DNA of 32,000 nt. It comes from Candidatus Saccharibacteria bacterium oral taxon 488 (GTDB lineage: Bacteria; Patescibacteriota; Saccharimonadia; Saccharimonadales; Saccharimonadaceae). The notes beneath the pieces are model-generated. The model saw only the letters and a list, made by a program, of their open reading frames with translations, made no database searches and was not told the DNA's origin. Each line of letters begins with the position of its first letter. Position 1 is the stretch's first letter. Below, one piece after another: positions 13,462 to 21,754 of the stretch. The translations under genes and the position numbers were made by a program. Location: assembly GCA_010202845.1 (NCBI GenBank), contig CP047921.1:660001-692000 (forward strand), written 5' to 3'.

Positions 13462-13986
13462 ATGGAAACAGTAAAACCAACTCGAAATATACTTGTTGCC
13501 GTTGATGTGCAGCATGATTTTATCGATGGTAGCCTGGCAGTTGCCGAGGGCGAGCAGGTCGTTGCCCCGCTCAATACCATCGCCGAGACCGTGCGGCACC
13601 ATGCTGGGCAGGTCGTTTTTACCCGTGACTGGCACCCCGCAAAAACACCACATTTTGTTAATTGCGGTGGCCAGTGGCCAGTCCACTGTGTCGCTGGCAC
13701 AACTGGCGCTGCCTTTCATGATAAGCTTGACGTGCAGCCTGATGACATTATTATCAACAAAGGCATAAGTCAAACTGACGGGTATTCTGGTTGGGAGGGT
13801 CAAAGTGACACAGGCGAGACGCTGGAGACCATCATCACACCACGAACACCTCGCGAGAAGGTTCAGGTATTTCTCGGCGGGCTGGCAACTGATGAAGAAG
13901 AGGCCTTAGCCGCCATGAAAGAGGCCCACGTTCTGGCGGTTTCAACCAGTGAGGCTAAAATGATGATCGAAAGGAGTGTTCAATGA
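13462..13986 (+). CDS. pncA: Nicotinamidase/isochorismatase-family protein (PncA-like) lacking the catalytic-Cys segment; possibly inactive
   Basis: The N-terminal two thirds are a canonical PncA: VAVDVQHDF (catalytic Asp), TRDWHP...H / WPVHCV (metal ligands), IINKG (catalytic Lys). After GGLATD the expected YCV... block is absent, and the sequence continues directly into the C-terminal helix (EEEALAAMKEAHVLAVSTSE). Confidence 0.75.
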   Translation: METVKPTRNILVAVDVQHDFIDGSLAVAEGEQVVAPLNTIAETVRHHAGQVVFTRDWHPAKTPHFVNCGGQWPVHCVAGTTGAAFHDKLDVQPDDIIINKGISQTDGYSGWEGQSDTGETLETIITPRTPREKVQVFLGGLATDEEEALAAMKEAHVLAVSTSEAKMMIERSVQ

Positions 13987-15221
13987 ACCGTGAACCTAAA
14001 TTATCACAAGGACTAGATTATTATAAGGCGACCATGGGGCAGCTGGAGTACGACAAGCATCCTGATGCCGAGGTCACCTTTACCTTGAAAAATCGCGCCC
14101 CTACCCTGCTATCAGAATTTGTGAGCGCGGAAGAGTTACGCGCCCAGCTCAGTAACGTAGCAAACGGTTGGCAACCTGATGAGATCGCCTATCTCGCCAG
14201 CCTACAAAATCAAGACGGCACAGCACAGTTCACGCCCGACTACCTTGACTTTTTAGGCGACAATCCCCTACCACCTGTTAACATTGGTTATGATAAGCGC
14301 GGCGATTTAGCGGTTAGTACTACGGGCAAATGGCCGCTGGTCACGTTCTGGGAAACAGTGGTCATGAGCGAGCTGAACGAATTATATTTCCAGAATAAAC
14401 TTGCCCATGAAGGTAGTTCGCTCAAAGAACTATACGCCGAAGGAGATCGGCGATTAAGCGAGAAAATTGACATATTACGAAATCGCCCAGACATCAAGTT
14501 CTCTGACTTCGGCACGCGACGACGGTTTAGCTACGACTGGCAAAAGCATGTCATTGAGCGCGTCGCACGTGAACTTCCTGATAATTTCGTTGGCACTTCA
14601 AATATTTATTTGGCACATGAGCTTGGCTTGCAGCCAATTGGTACATTCGCACATGAATTACCGATGGTTTACGCAGCACTAGCCGACAAGGCCGGCGACA
14701 ATCCGTTAGATGGCCACTATCAGGTACTCCAAGACTGGCGGCAGCTGTATGGCGAAGGTTTATCAACCGCCCTAACCGACACATTTACGACAGAGTTCTT
14801 TTTCGCTGACTTCACACCGGAGCAAATGACTTCATGGCAGGCTCTGCGTCATGACTCTGGCGACCCGATGCAGTTTGGTGATACGGTGATTGCATTTTAT
14901 GAACAACATGGTATTGATCCGTACGAAAAGACGATCGTCTTTAGCGATGGGCTGGATGTCGAGACAATTATTAAACTGGCTGATTATTTCAAGGATCGTA
15001 TCAAGGTGACATTTGGCTGGGGCACAACACTGACAAACGACCTCGGAGTTGAGGCGAATAATTTCGTCATGAAAGCCACTGCGGTTGATGGCGTGCCGAC
15101 AGTTAAACTGAGCGACGTTGAAGGTAAGCACACAGGCCCAGATGATAAAATTGAAGAATATAAAACACATGTAAAAGAAAAAATTGGTCGTCAAGCGTTA
15201 AGGCAACTGGTCGCCGCATGA
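13983..15221 (+). CDS. pncB: Nicotinate phosphoribosyltransferase
   Basis: LDYYKATMGQ at the N-terminus, FGTRRRFS, HE(L)P, and a TIVFSDGLD-type C-terminal barrel, all typical of the NAPRTase family. ATGA-coupled to pncA. Confidence 0.85.
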   Translation: MNREPKLSQGLDYYKATMGQLEYDKHPDAEVTFTLKNRAPTLLSEFVSAEELRAQLSNVANGWQPDEIAYLASLQNQDGTAQFTPDYLDFLGDNPLPPVNIGYDKRGDLAVSTTGKWPLVTFWETVVMSELNELYFQNKLAHEGSSLKELYAEGDRRLSEKIDILRNRPDIKFSDFGTRRRFSYDWQKHVIERVARELPDNFVGTSNIYLAHELGLQPIGTFAHELPMVYAALADKAGDNPLDGHYQVLQDWRQLYGEGLSTALTDTFTTEFFFADFTPEQMTSWQALRHDSGDPMQFGDTVIAFYEQHGIDPYEKTIVFSDGLDVETIIKLADYFKDRIKVTFGWGTTLTNDLGVEANNFVMKATAVDGVPTVKLSDVEGKHTGPDDKIEEYKTHVKEKIGRQALRQLVAA

Positions 15222-16555
15222 ATGAAATGATGTCAATCACGGAGCAGAAACTGTGGTATGATGGACCAAATTATACCGCTGATAGTATCGTTATTCATCC
15301 GGAATCACGACAAGTTCTCTTGGTCAAACGGAAAACCGGCGAATGGGCGCTACCTGGCGGTTTTATCGATCCAGGAGAAGAACCACTCACGGCAGCCCAT
15401 CGTGAAGTAATGGAAGAGACTGGTGCAACTATTGGCGGTGATCCGACCCTTGTGTTCTGTGGACTGGTTAACGACTCGCGTAATACCCAGACTGCCTGGA
15501 TAGAAACCAGTGCTTATCTATTTACGGTCCCCGACCTAACGGCAATAACTGGGCGTGATGATGCGGTTGACGCCGGCTGGCACTCGCTTGATCACCTACC
15601 TGAGCTATATGCCTCACATGACGAGATTGTAGCAAGAGCGCTTGATCATCTGGCGTGCCGACCACTGGCTGAATCGGTGCAGAATCCTGAATGTCTCTAC
15701 CATGTTGATGGCGGTCATATGCAATACGAAAAAGCAATTGCCACAAAGGATCATCACGCCGCTTTTATCAAACAACTGTCAGCCAAATATGACAGCGTCC
15801 AAAAACGGCAGCGATTACAGCAATATTTAGATAAAGAGGCGTTTACTATGGCGCACTTGCGACAGAGTGGTTATGATGGCGTTCCCGCACAGTCTGTCTT
15901 GTGTGGTGATGCAATCATCATGGAAGCGCTGCGGCCCGACGATGGCTGGAGATGGCGAGCTGAAGCCGAGACTCTTGATGATTACGTCTGGGCGGCTGCA
16001 GAAAAATTTGCCAAACTAGAGACTATTCCACTGCCAGCTGACTCATTCGCCATTGAACCATCATGTATCAGTTTTATCAAAGAGGGCTGGCAGACAATTG
16101 ACGAACAGGTGGTTGCTCAACTATATCAGATTCTGCCAGATTTTCTGAATCAAATGACACCACACAGCCAAGCCGTCACCCAGGATTTGCTGACAGATCT
16201 ACCTTCTCTGCAGCGCGCTGGGATTCAGCCGAATCGATTTCATCTACAAGCCTTTTGTCATCACGACATTAGGCAGTCAAATATTGCCTGGCATCCAGAG
16301 CATGGCAGCAGGTTAGTCGATTGGAGTTGGTCTGGACCGGGCGAGCCGGGCAGCGATATTACGAGCCTGTTGATTGATTTACATAAAAGCGGCCACGATA
16401 TTTCACCGTATCGTGATATGATTAATCTAAATCACTGTCTAAAGCTCATCGGCTTTTGGTTAAATCACGCTACCTGGCCATATCACGGTGAGAACACGGT
16501 TAGATTTCAACAATTCTTATCAGCACTGAGCGCCTATGAAATTCTACGCGCCTAA
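15218..16555 (+). CDS. Fusion protein: catalytic Nudix hydrolase (N-terminal) plus APH/choline-kinase-like phosphotransferase domain (C-terminal)
   Basis: Intact Nudix box GGFIDPGEEPLTAAHREVMEETGA. The C-terminal domain has the protein-kinase-like catalytic loop CHHDIRQSNIAW (HxDxxxxN) and the metal-binding LVDWSW (the DxG/DFG equivalent). ATGA-coupled to pncB. Confidence 0.75.
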   Translation: MNEMMSITEQKLWYDGPNYTADSIVIHPESRQVLLVKRKTGEWALPGGFIDPGEEPLTAAHREVMEETGATIGGDPTLVFCGLVNDSRNTQTAWIETSAYLFTVPDLTAITGRDDAVDAGWHSLDHLPELYASHDEIVARALDHLACRPLAESVQNPECLYHVDGGHMQYEKAIATKDHHAAFIKQLSAKYDSVQKRQRLQQYLDKEAFTMAHLRQSGYDGVPAQSVLCGDAIIMEALRPDDGWRWRAEAETLDDYVWAAAEKFAKLETIPLPADSFAIEPSCISFIKEGWQTIDEQVVAQLYQILPDFLNQMTPHSQAVTQDLLTDLPSLQRAGIQPNRFHLQAFCHHDIRQSNIAWHPEHGSRLVDWSWSGPGEPGSDITSLLIDLHKSGHDISPYRDMINLNHCLKLIGFWLNHATWPYHGENTVRFQQFLSALSAYEILRA

Positions 16556-17194
16556 TTACGCGTTCACCGCCTCAATCTCCACCGACAGCACGTCTTTATT
16601 CGTCGGTAGATCAGACGTCGGCTCAAAGGTGTAAACCAGTAACTGACCAAACGGCATTTCCACATGGGCCATATCTGCTTCTGGTACGTGGTCGAGGTGC
16701 TTCATTAACGCACGGATAGAATTACCATGCGCCACCAATAGAATGTTCTCACCCGCCTGTAATTTCGGTAGTATCTCCCGCTCAAAATATGGCACGACCC
16801 GCGCATAAACATCTTTGAGCGTTTCACCGCCCGGCACCGGATAGTCCCAGCCGCGCCGAATACCGTTGAATGCTTCCTCGCCGATCTCAGCCTTGACTTC
16901 CCACTTATTTTTACCGGTCAAATCACCATAATCACGTTCGTTCAGCTCGGCCGCCTGTGTCGTCGGTAAACTGCCCTTACCGCGCCCCTCAAGCAGTGCG
17001 TCCAGCGTTTGGTGCGTCCGCTGCAGCGCCGACGTATACGCCTCATCAAACCTGATGTCTTTGAGTAGCGCACCCAGCCGCACTGTGTCGGCCCGCCCCT
17101 TTTCCGTGAGCCCCACGTCCGTCCAGCCCGTCCACTTACCGAGCAGATTCCATTCACTCTCGCCGTGTCGACTGATAACCAATGTTCCCATCAT
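16556..17194 (-). CDS. gpmA: 2,3-bisphosphoglycerate-dependent phosphoglycerate mutase (histidine phosphatase family)
   Basis: LVISRHGESEWNLLGKWTGWTDVGLTEKG (the RHGE motif), LLVAHGNSIRAL (the second catalytic His). A GGAGGAGG SD lies upstream. Confidence 0.85.
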   Translation of the reverse strand: MMGTLVISRHGESEWNLLGKWTGWTDVGLTEKGRADTVRLGALLKDIRFDEAYTSALQRTHQTLDALLEGRGKGSLPTTQAAELNERDYGDLTGKNKWEVKAEIGEEAFNGIRRGWDYPVPGGETLKDVYARVVPYFEREILPKLQAGENILLVAHGNSIRALMKHLDHVPEADMAHVEMPFGQLLVYTFEPTSDLPTNKDVLSVEIEAVNA

Positions 17195-17214
17195 TCCTCC
17201 TCCGTTTATTTTTC

Positions 17215-17742
17215 CTACGAACCAAATCCCACGAATTGCGTAACCGCCTCTTGACGTTCGTCATCGCCGTCAACGATTCGCGTCTCGACATAACCGCCTG
17301 GCTGATGATGAGCCCAATGTGGTATCGACCACGCGAATCCTTCATTGCTTGCCAGCACTGCGTCGCGACTCATGAACTGATAGGCATCAATTTCCGACTG
17401 CTGCAAGACAATTCGTTCCAATCGCTCATCATCCAGCACTGCCCTGAACACATATTGATGCGCCAGTCCTTTGTCGCTGGAGCGTGACGCCACCGCGAAA
17501 AACGAAACTTCCTCCTCAGTAACCACCAGCCCGACCTCTTCCTGGGTTTCGCGAAGTGCTGCCTGTAGCGGCGTTTCGCCAGCGTCAACCATACCACCAG
17601 GCAGACTCCAATGCGTCTTGTAATATGCCTTGACCGTGAGCAGCTCGCCCGCTGAATTTTCGATCAGCAACGCGGCGCTGGCGATCCGAGTGTCCTGCGC
17701 TTTCTGCCATTCCTCATACGGCAACCAACCACTTTTTATCAT
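17215..17742 (-). CDS. Nudix hydrolase (canonical box)
   Basis: GGMVDAGETPLQAALRETQEEVGL matches Gx5Ex7REUxEExGU. Confidence 0.8.
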   Translation of the reverse strand: MIKSGWLPYEEWQKAQDTRIASAALLIENSAGELLTVKAYYKTHWSLPGGMVDAGETPLQAALRETQEEVGLVVTEEEVSFFAVASRSSDKGLAHQYVFRAVLDDERLERIVLQQSEIDAYQFMSRDAVLASNEGFAWSIPHWAHHQPGGYVETRIVDGDDERQEAVTQFVGFGS

Positions 17743-19229
17743 TTTGCGTACTCGATCGCCCGTGTTTCGCGGATAACGTTAACCTTGATGGTGCCTGGGT
17801 ACTGCATGGTCGATTCAATCTTGGTGGCGATATCGCGCGATAACTTAAATGCGCTCAGGTCATCGATATCTTCTGGCCGAACAATCACCCGCACCTCACG
17901 CCCGGCCGAGATCGCATAGGCCTTGTCAATCCCGTCAAAGCTGGTTGCCACATTTTCTAGATCGCGCATCCGCTCGGCAAAGTTCTCAGCCGAAATATTA
18001 CGTGCTCCTGGCCGAGCAGCGCTGGCAGCGTCGCACACTCGCACGATCAGTGCCTCTGGTGTCGTCGCCTCGATATCATCGTGATGCGCTTCGATGGCGT
18101 GAACGATCCGCTCATCCATGCCGTATTTGCGCGCTAGCTCGGCACCGATGTGGTGATGCTTGCCCTCGATCTTGTGAGTCACCGCCTTGCCAACGTCATG
18201 CAGCAGTGTCGCGATTTTCGTGATGCGCACATCAGCACCAATTTCCTCAGCGATCATTCCAGCCATCTGAGCCATCTCGGTCGAATGCTTCAATACGTTC
18301 TGCCCGTAACTCGTTCGGAATTTCAGCTCACCTAGCAGTCGCTGCATTTCCTTCGGAATGCCGACAACGCCCGTCTCGCGCATGGCATCCTCACCAGCCT
18401 GCTTGACTTCTTTATCAATCTGCTTTTTTGCCTTGGCGACGACTTCTTCGATGCGCGCTGGATGGATACGACCATCTTTCATCAACATCTCGAGACTCAA
18501 GCGAGCCACCTGCCGGCGAATCGGATCGAAACTCGACAGCACAATCATACCCGGCGTGTCATCCACCAAAATATCGACACCAGTCTCGCGCTGCAACGCC
18601 TGAATGTTGCGGCCTTCTTTGCCGATGATTCGACCTTTCATCTCATCATCAGTCAGCTTGACAGCCGTGACTGTTCGCTCAGCCGTTACCTCGCTGCTCA
18701 TCCGCTCCATCGCGGTGAGCAAGATCATCTGCGCCCGCTCTTCGGCATCATCCATAGCCTCGTGTTGTAATTTCGACACCAATCCAACCAGGTCGTTCTT
18801 GATATCGCGCTCGGTCATTTGCATGAGCTTGTCGGCAGCATCCTTTTTCTTTAGGCCGGCAATCTTCTCGAGCTTCTCCTGCTGGCGCGTGCGAATAGTG
18901 CGAATCTCTTCCTTGAGATTGTCAACCTCATCTTCGTGCGTGCGCAGCTTCTCCGCCCGCTTATCTAGTTCGTCCAATTTCCGATCCAGCGTCTGCTCGC
19001 GATCCGCCAACCGATTCTCGGTCTTTTGCCACTCGCGGCGGCGCTCATTTTCGATTTTTAAGGCTTCGTCCTTAGCCTTCAGGACAATGTCGCTGGCCTT
19101 ACTCTTTGCCTCGGCAATGTCACGCTCAATTTGTGACTTGCCGTTAGCTTGCCTCGTCCGCTGATAGGCGTAAAAACCGCCCACGCCAAGTGCCGCGCCA
19201 ACCAAGCCGCCAATAACTATTCCTACCAT
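17739..19229 (-). CDS. rny: Ribonuclease Y
   Basis: N-terminal TM helix (MVGIVIGGLVGAALGVGGFYAY), a long coiled coil, a KH domain (GRIIGKEGRNI) and an HD domain (LLHDVGKA...HH). ATG 19229 has an AAGGAAA SD. Confidence 0.9.
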   Translation of the reverse strand: MVGIVIGGLVGAALGVGGFYAYQRTRQANGKSQIERDIAEAKSKASDIVLKAKDEALKIENERRREWQKTENRLADREQTLDRKLDELDKRAEKLRTHEDEVDNLKEEIRTIRTRQQEKLEKIAGLKKKDAADKLMQMTERDIKNDLVGLVSKLQHEAMDDAEERAQMILLTAMERMSSEVTAERTVTAVKLTDDEMKGRIIGKEGRNIQALQRETGVDILVDDTPGMIVLSSFDPIRRQVARLSLEMLMKDGRIHPARIEEVVAKAKKQIDKEVKQAGEDAMRETGVVGIPKEMQRLLGELKFRTSYGQNVLKHSTEMAQMAGMIAEEIGADVRITKIATLLHDVGKAVTHKIEGKHHHIGAELARKYGMDERIVHAIEAHHDDIEATTPEALIVRVCDAASAARPGARNISAENFAERMRDLENVATSFDGIDKAYAISAGREVRVIVRPEDIDDLSAFKLSRDIATKIESTMQYPGTIKVNVIRETRAIEYAK

Positions 19230-19384
19230 ATGATTTCCTTTCTTTTCCGACCAATCGCCCCGGGTATACACCCCGAGAAATGTATCAACGACTGACCATA
19301 TTCAACTGATGCAATAAAACGGCCCAAGCCACTAATCTAAAGCCGCCTTACTTTTATTGTACGATATTGCGGAGGAAAATACCA

Positions 19385-19759
19385 CTATTTGCGCGGAGCC
19401 GTGATGTGAGCTTCGCCACCATATTCGGGGAGAATAATCGTGTCGTTTTCGCCGCACTTCAGCCGCTCCAGGCAGTCATCTCGCCAGTGATCGCCACTAC
19501 TGCCAACGATCGGAACACCGAGTCCCTCCGCCAGCGTGTTTGCCACCGCACAACCAATCCTCAGTCCCGTAAAGCTGCCCGGCCCCCGCATGATACCGAT
19601 ACCACTGATGTGGTGAATGCCGCCGACCTGCTCGTCCAAAAATCGTAGCAGCCCTCGGGCTAAACCACGACCCGCTTCCCACACTACCTCTCGCCGGCTA
19701 TCGCCCTGAACAATCGTTAAACGGCACGTCATCGTCGATGTATCGAGCAGAATAATCAC
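19385..19759 (-). CDS. tsaB: tRNA t6A biosynthesis protein TsaB, unusually short form
   Basis: ILLDTST...IGIMRGPGSFTGLRIGCAVANTLAEGLGVPIVG is the TsaB/YeaZ N-terminal signature. The protein is only 124 aa. Overlaps tsaE. Confidence 0.75.
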   Translation of the reverse strand: MIILLDTSTMTCRLTIVQGDSRREVVWEAGRGLARGLLRFLDEQVGGIHHISGIGIMRGPGSFTGLRIGCAVANTLAEGLGVPIVGSSGDHWRDDCLERLKCGENDTIILPEYGGEAHITAPRK

Positions 19760-20232
19760 ACCAACTCCTCGTCCGCCGCGCTGATTGCCACGAGGAGTGC
19801 CTGGCTCGTCGGCCCGCCAGCACTCAGCGTGACACGCCGCGATTGCTCGTCAATTGCTAGAATCCTCGCTGTCAGTCGATCGGCTGGCAGCACCTGCTCG
19901 ACGGCACCAGCCCACTCAACCACTGTCACGGTCTGCGGTTGCATGGCTACCTCATGAATCTCCTCCGCCATGATACCCGCCTCGCCCAATCGATAAAAAT
20001 CGTAATGGGCCAGCGTCAAGCCGCCCGGCGACTGGTACACACGGGAAATAGTAAACGTTGGGCTCTGCACCGGTTCAGTAATGTCGAGCCCCTTGGCAAC
20101 ACCTTTCGTTAGCGTCGTCTTGCCAGCGCCGATGTCCCCGATTAACTCGATAACTTCCCCACCCTTCAGGTTGCGCCCAATCACTTGACCCAGCCGCTGC
20201 ATCGCTGCGGTACTGGTAATAATTTGGTTCAT
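19756..20232 (-). CDS. tsaE: tRNA t6A biosynthesis ATPase TsaE
   Basis: GDIGAGKTTLTKG (P-loop), SPTFTI and HYDFYRL, the diagnostic TsaE/YjeE motifs. Confidence 0.85.
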   Translation of the reverse strand: MNQIITSTAAMQRLGQVIGRNLKGGEVIELIGDIGAGKTTLTKGVAKGLDITEPVQSPTFTISRVYQSPGGLTLAHYDFYRLGEAGIMAEEIHEVAMQPQTVTVVEWAGAVEQVLPADRLTARILAIDEQSRRVTLSAGGPTSQALLVAISAADEELV

Positions 20233-20813
20233 TTGCTGTCGCTGCCGTCAGCTTCGGCCGCAGGGTGCGCCTTTCGGAATGGATTTTCGAACGTTGCTTG
20301 TGGCTGCACGACCGGCTCCTTGTGGCGGATCTCTGGCGTCTTGACAACGATATGTTCGTCGGTCACACGAACAATTTGCGAACGATGAATCAGCAGTTCA
20401 GTATCGCCAAAACTCTTGAGCAGCGGTCGCCGCACCCGGAGCTGCTGAATGACAAAATTACCGGCCTCCAACGTATAGCCGATGACCTTACCGACCTTAT
20501 GCTTTTTTTCATCAATGACCTGCTTACCAACTAGTGCGAACTGAAACTCATACACTTCCTTGATCTTCAGGACGTCACCTGGCATAATCAGCTCGTCCGC
20601 CGAATCAATGATCAGACCCAGCGGTCCAATTTCCCGCACATCGGCGATCCGTAGTAAACTCGGCGATTGATCAAGCGTCGGCCCCTCCAGCTCATACGCC
20701 ACGATCGATAAACTACGCGGGTCGATCACCGCCCGCGATGTCCGTGCCAGTTCCGAGCCAGTCTGCAGGCTCATCACCGGTGCGTTATCAAATCGTTCAG
20801 CAGAAATTAGCAT
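20229..20813 (-). CDS. PRC-barrel-like domain protein (tentative)
   Basis: Two repeats of a pattern resembling PRC-barrel/YlmC-type domains (short beta-strand-rich modules with V.D....K.GKV.g). The start is ambiguous (GTG 20822 or ATG 20813; a TATAAT at 20823-20828 on the minus strand lies just upstream). Confidence 0.45.
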   Translation of the reverse strand: MLISAERFDNAPVMSLQTGSELARTSRAVIDPRSLSIVAYELEGPTLDQSPSLLRIADVREIGPLGLIIDSADELIMPGDVLKIKEVYEFQFALVGKQVIDEKKHKVGKVIGYTLEAGNFVIQQLRVRRPLLKSFGDTELLIHRSQIVRVTDEHIVVKTPEIRHKEPVVQPQATFENPFRKAHPAAEADGSDSK

Positions 20814-20840
20814 ACTTCTCACATTATAGCGATATCCACG

Positions 20841-21128
20841 CTATTCGGCAAACAGGTTCGTCCGCCCTGCCGGCAGACTAAAATTGGCGTTGGCGGTATC
20901 GCGCGTACGGAAACTGTTGATCTGGTCAATTGTCTTCTGGTCAAATCGCGTCGTCTGTTGCTGAATGGTATCTTCTTTTGGATTTGACGAGGCGAGCAGA
21001 CTGTAGAGCAGGAAAATTGCCACCGATACGCCAACCACCACTGTCAACGTATAGAGAATAACGTGGTAGCGATGGAAAAACCGCGATACTAGCGTACCGA
21101 TTTGTGAAATATCAGGTGAGTTTTTCAT
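20841..21128 (-). CDS. Small single-pass membrane protein (hypothetical)
   Basis: ORF with one TM helix (VILYTLTVVVGVSVAIFLLYSLL). Overlaps the pilO-like stop. Confidence 0.5.
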   Translation of the reverse strand: MKNSPDISQIGTLVSRFFHRYHVILYTLTVVVGVSVAIFLLYSLLASSNPKEDTIQQQTTRFDQKTIDQINSFRTRDTANANFSLPAGRTNLFAE

Positions 21129-21754
21129 CGAACATATACCTCCACTTCCAAGGTTTGTGTATTCACTTGACCTGTCCCCTCGGTCTTGGACATACTGACA
21201 CTAGCGATCTGCATCCGCGTCAAGTTCTGCTCGATCAAATGCATAAACCGAAGCAGCGCCATATAATCTGTTTTTTCGTTGAGGCGGACCGACACTTTCA
21301 TGCTTTTTGGCCCGGCAGCGCTGTTTGAACCGGAGCTATTATTCGTACCCGAGGTTCCTGATGAACCCGAGTTTGACTTGGCTCCAGCCGAGCCTGATGT
21401 GAAGGTGAACCCAGCGATACCAACACCAGATTTATTGGCGTAGGCCGTGAGGTCATTGATAATTTGGTTCTGGTACTGATACTGCTGCGTTTCTGCCACT
21501 AGCTGCTGCGCCTTGGCAACACTATCCTTATATTTCTCCATCTCTTTTTCCAGCCGCGCTAGATTCTGCACTTTAGCATCAACCGCTTTTGCCTCAGTCT
21601 GAATTTTAGAAACTTCCTCGGCAGTACCTTGCAGCATGGTGTAGCCAAAATAGACGACCCCTCCCATGCCGACCAAGATCAGTACCAGCGACAGCGCAAA
21701 GACGATCCGCATGGTCACCGCCGGTGTCATTTTTTCTCGTTTTCTCTCACTCAT
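21125..21754 (-). CDS. pilO: PilO-like type IV pilus alignment protein (tentative)
   Basis: Position after pilM-pilN. N-terminal TM helix, then a coiled coil (AEEVSKIQTEAKAVDAKVQNLARLEKEMEKYK), an S/G/N-rich linker and a C-terminal alpha/beta region. The call rests on architecture and synteny, not a diagnostic motif. Confidence 0.5.
   Translation of the reverse strand: MSERKREKMTPAVTMRIVFALSLVLILVGMGGVVYFGYTMLQGTAEEVSKIQTEAKAVDAKVQNLARLEKEMEKYKDSVAKAQQLVAETQQYQYQNQIINDLTAYANKSGVGIAGFTFTSGSAGAKSNSGSSGTSGTNNSSGSNSAAGPKSMKVSVRLNEKTDYMALLRFMHLIEQNLTRMQIASVSMSKTEGTGQVNTQTLEVEVYVR

Noticed and set aside
13381-13803. 140-aa minus-strand ORF overlapping pncA and its promoter
   Set aside because: The plus strand encodes conserved nicotinamidase motifs preceded by a strong SD. 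The antisense ORF crosses the promoter and has no start signals.
18604-19164. 186-aa plus-strand ORF (and neighbouring 18358-18770 ORFs) opposite rny
   Set aside because: The translation is Ser/Arg/Phe-rich low complexity, generated by the reverse complement of the Lys/Glu-rich coiled coil of RNase Y. There is no start-site signal.
19272-19384. Possible terminator, small RNA or rny promoter in the tsaB-rny intergenic region
   Set aside because: Only 3-4 bp stems (GGC/GCC, CGGC/GCCG) are present near a short T-run. No promoter hexamer pair has acceptable spacing. The evidence is too weak to annotate.
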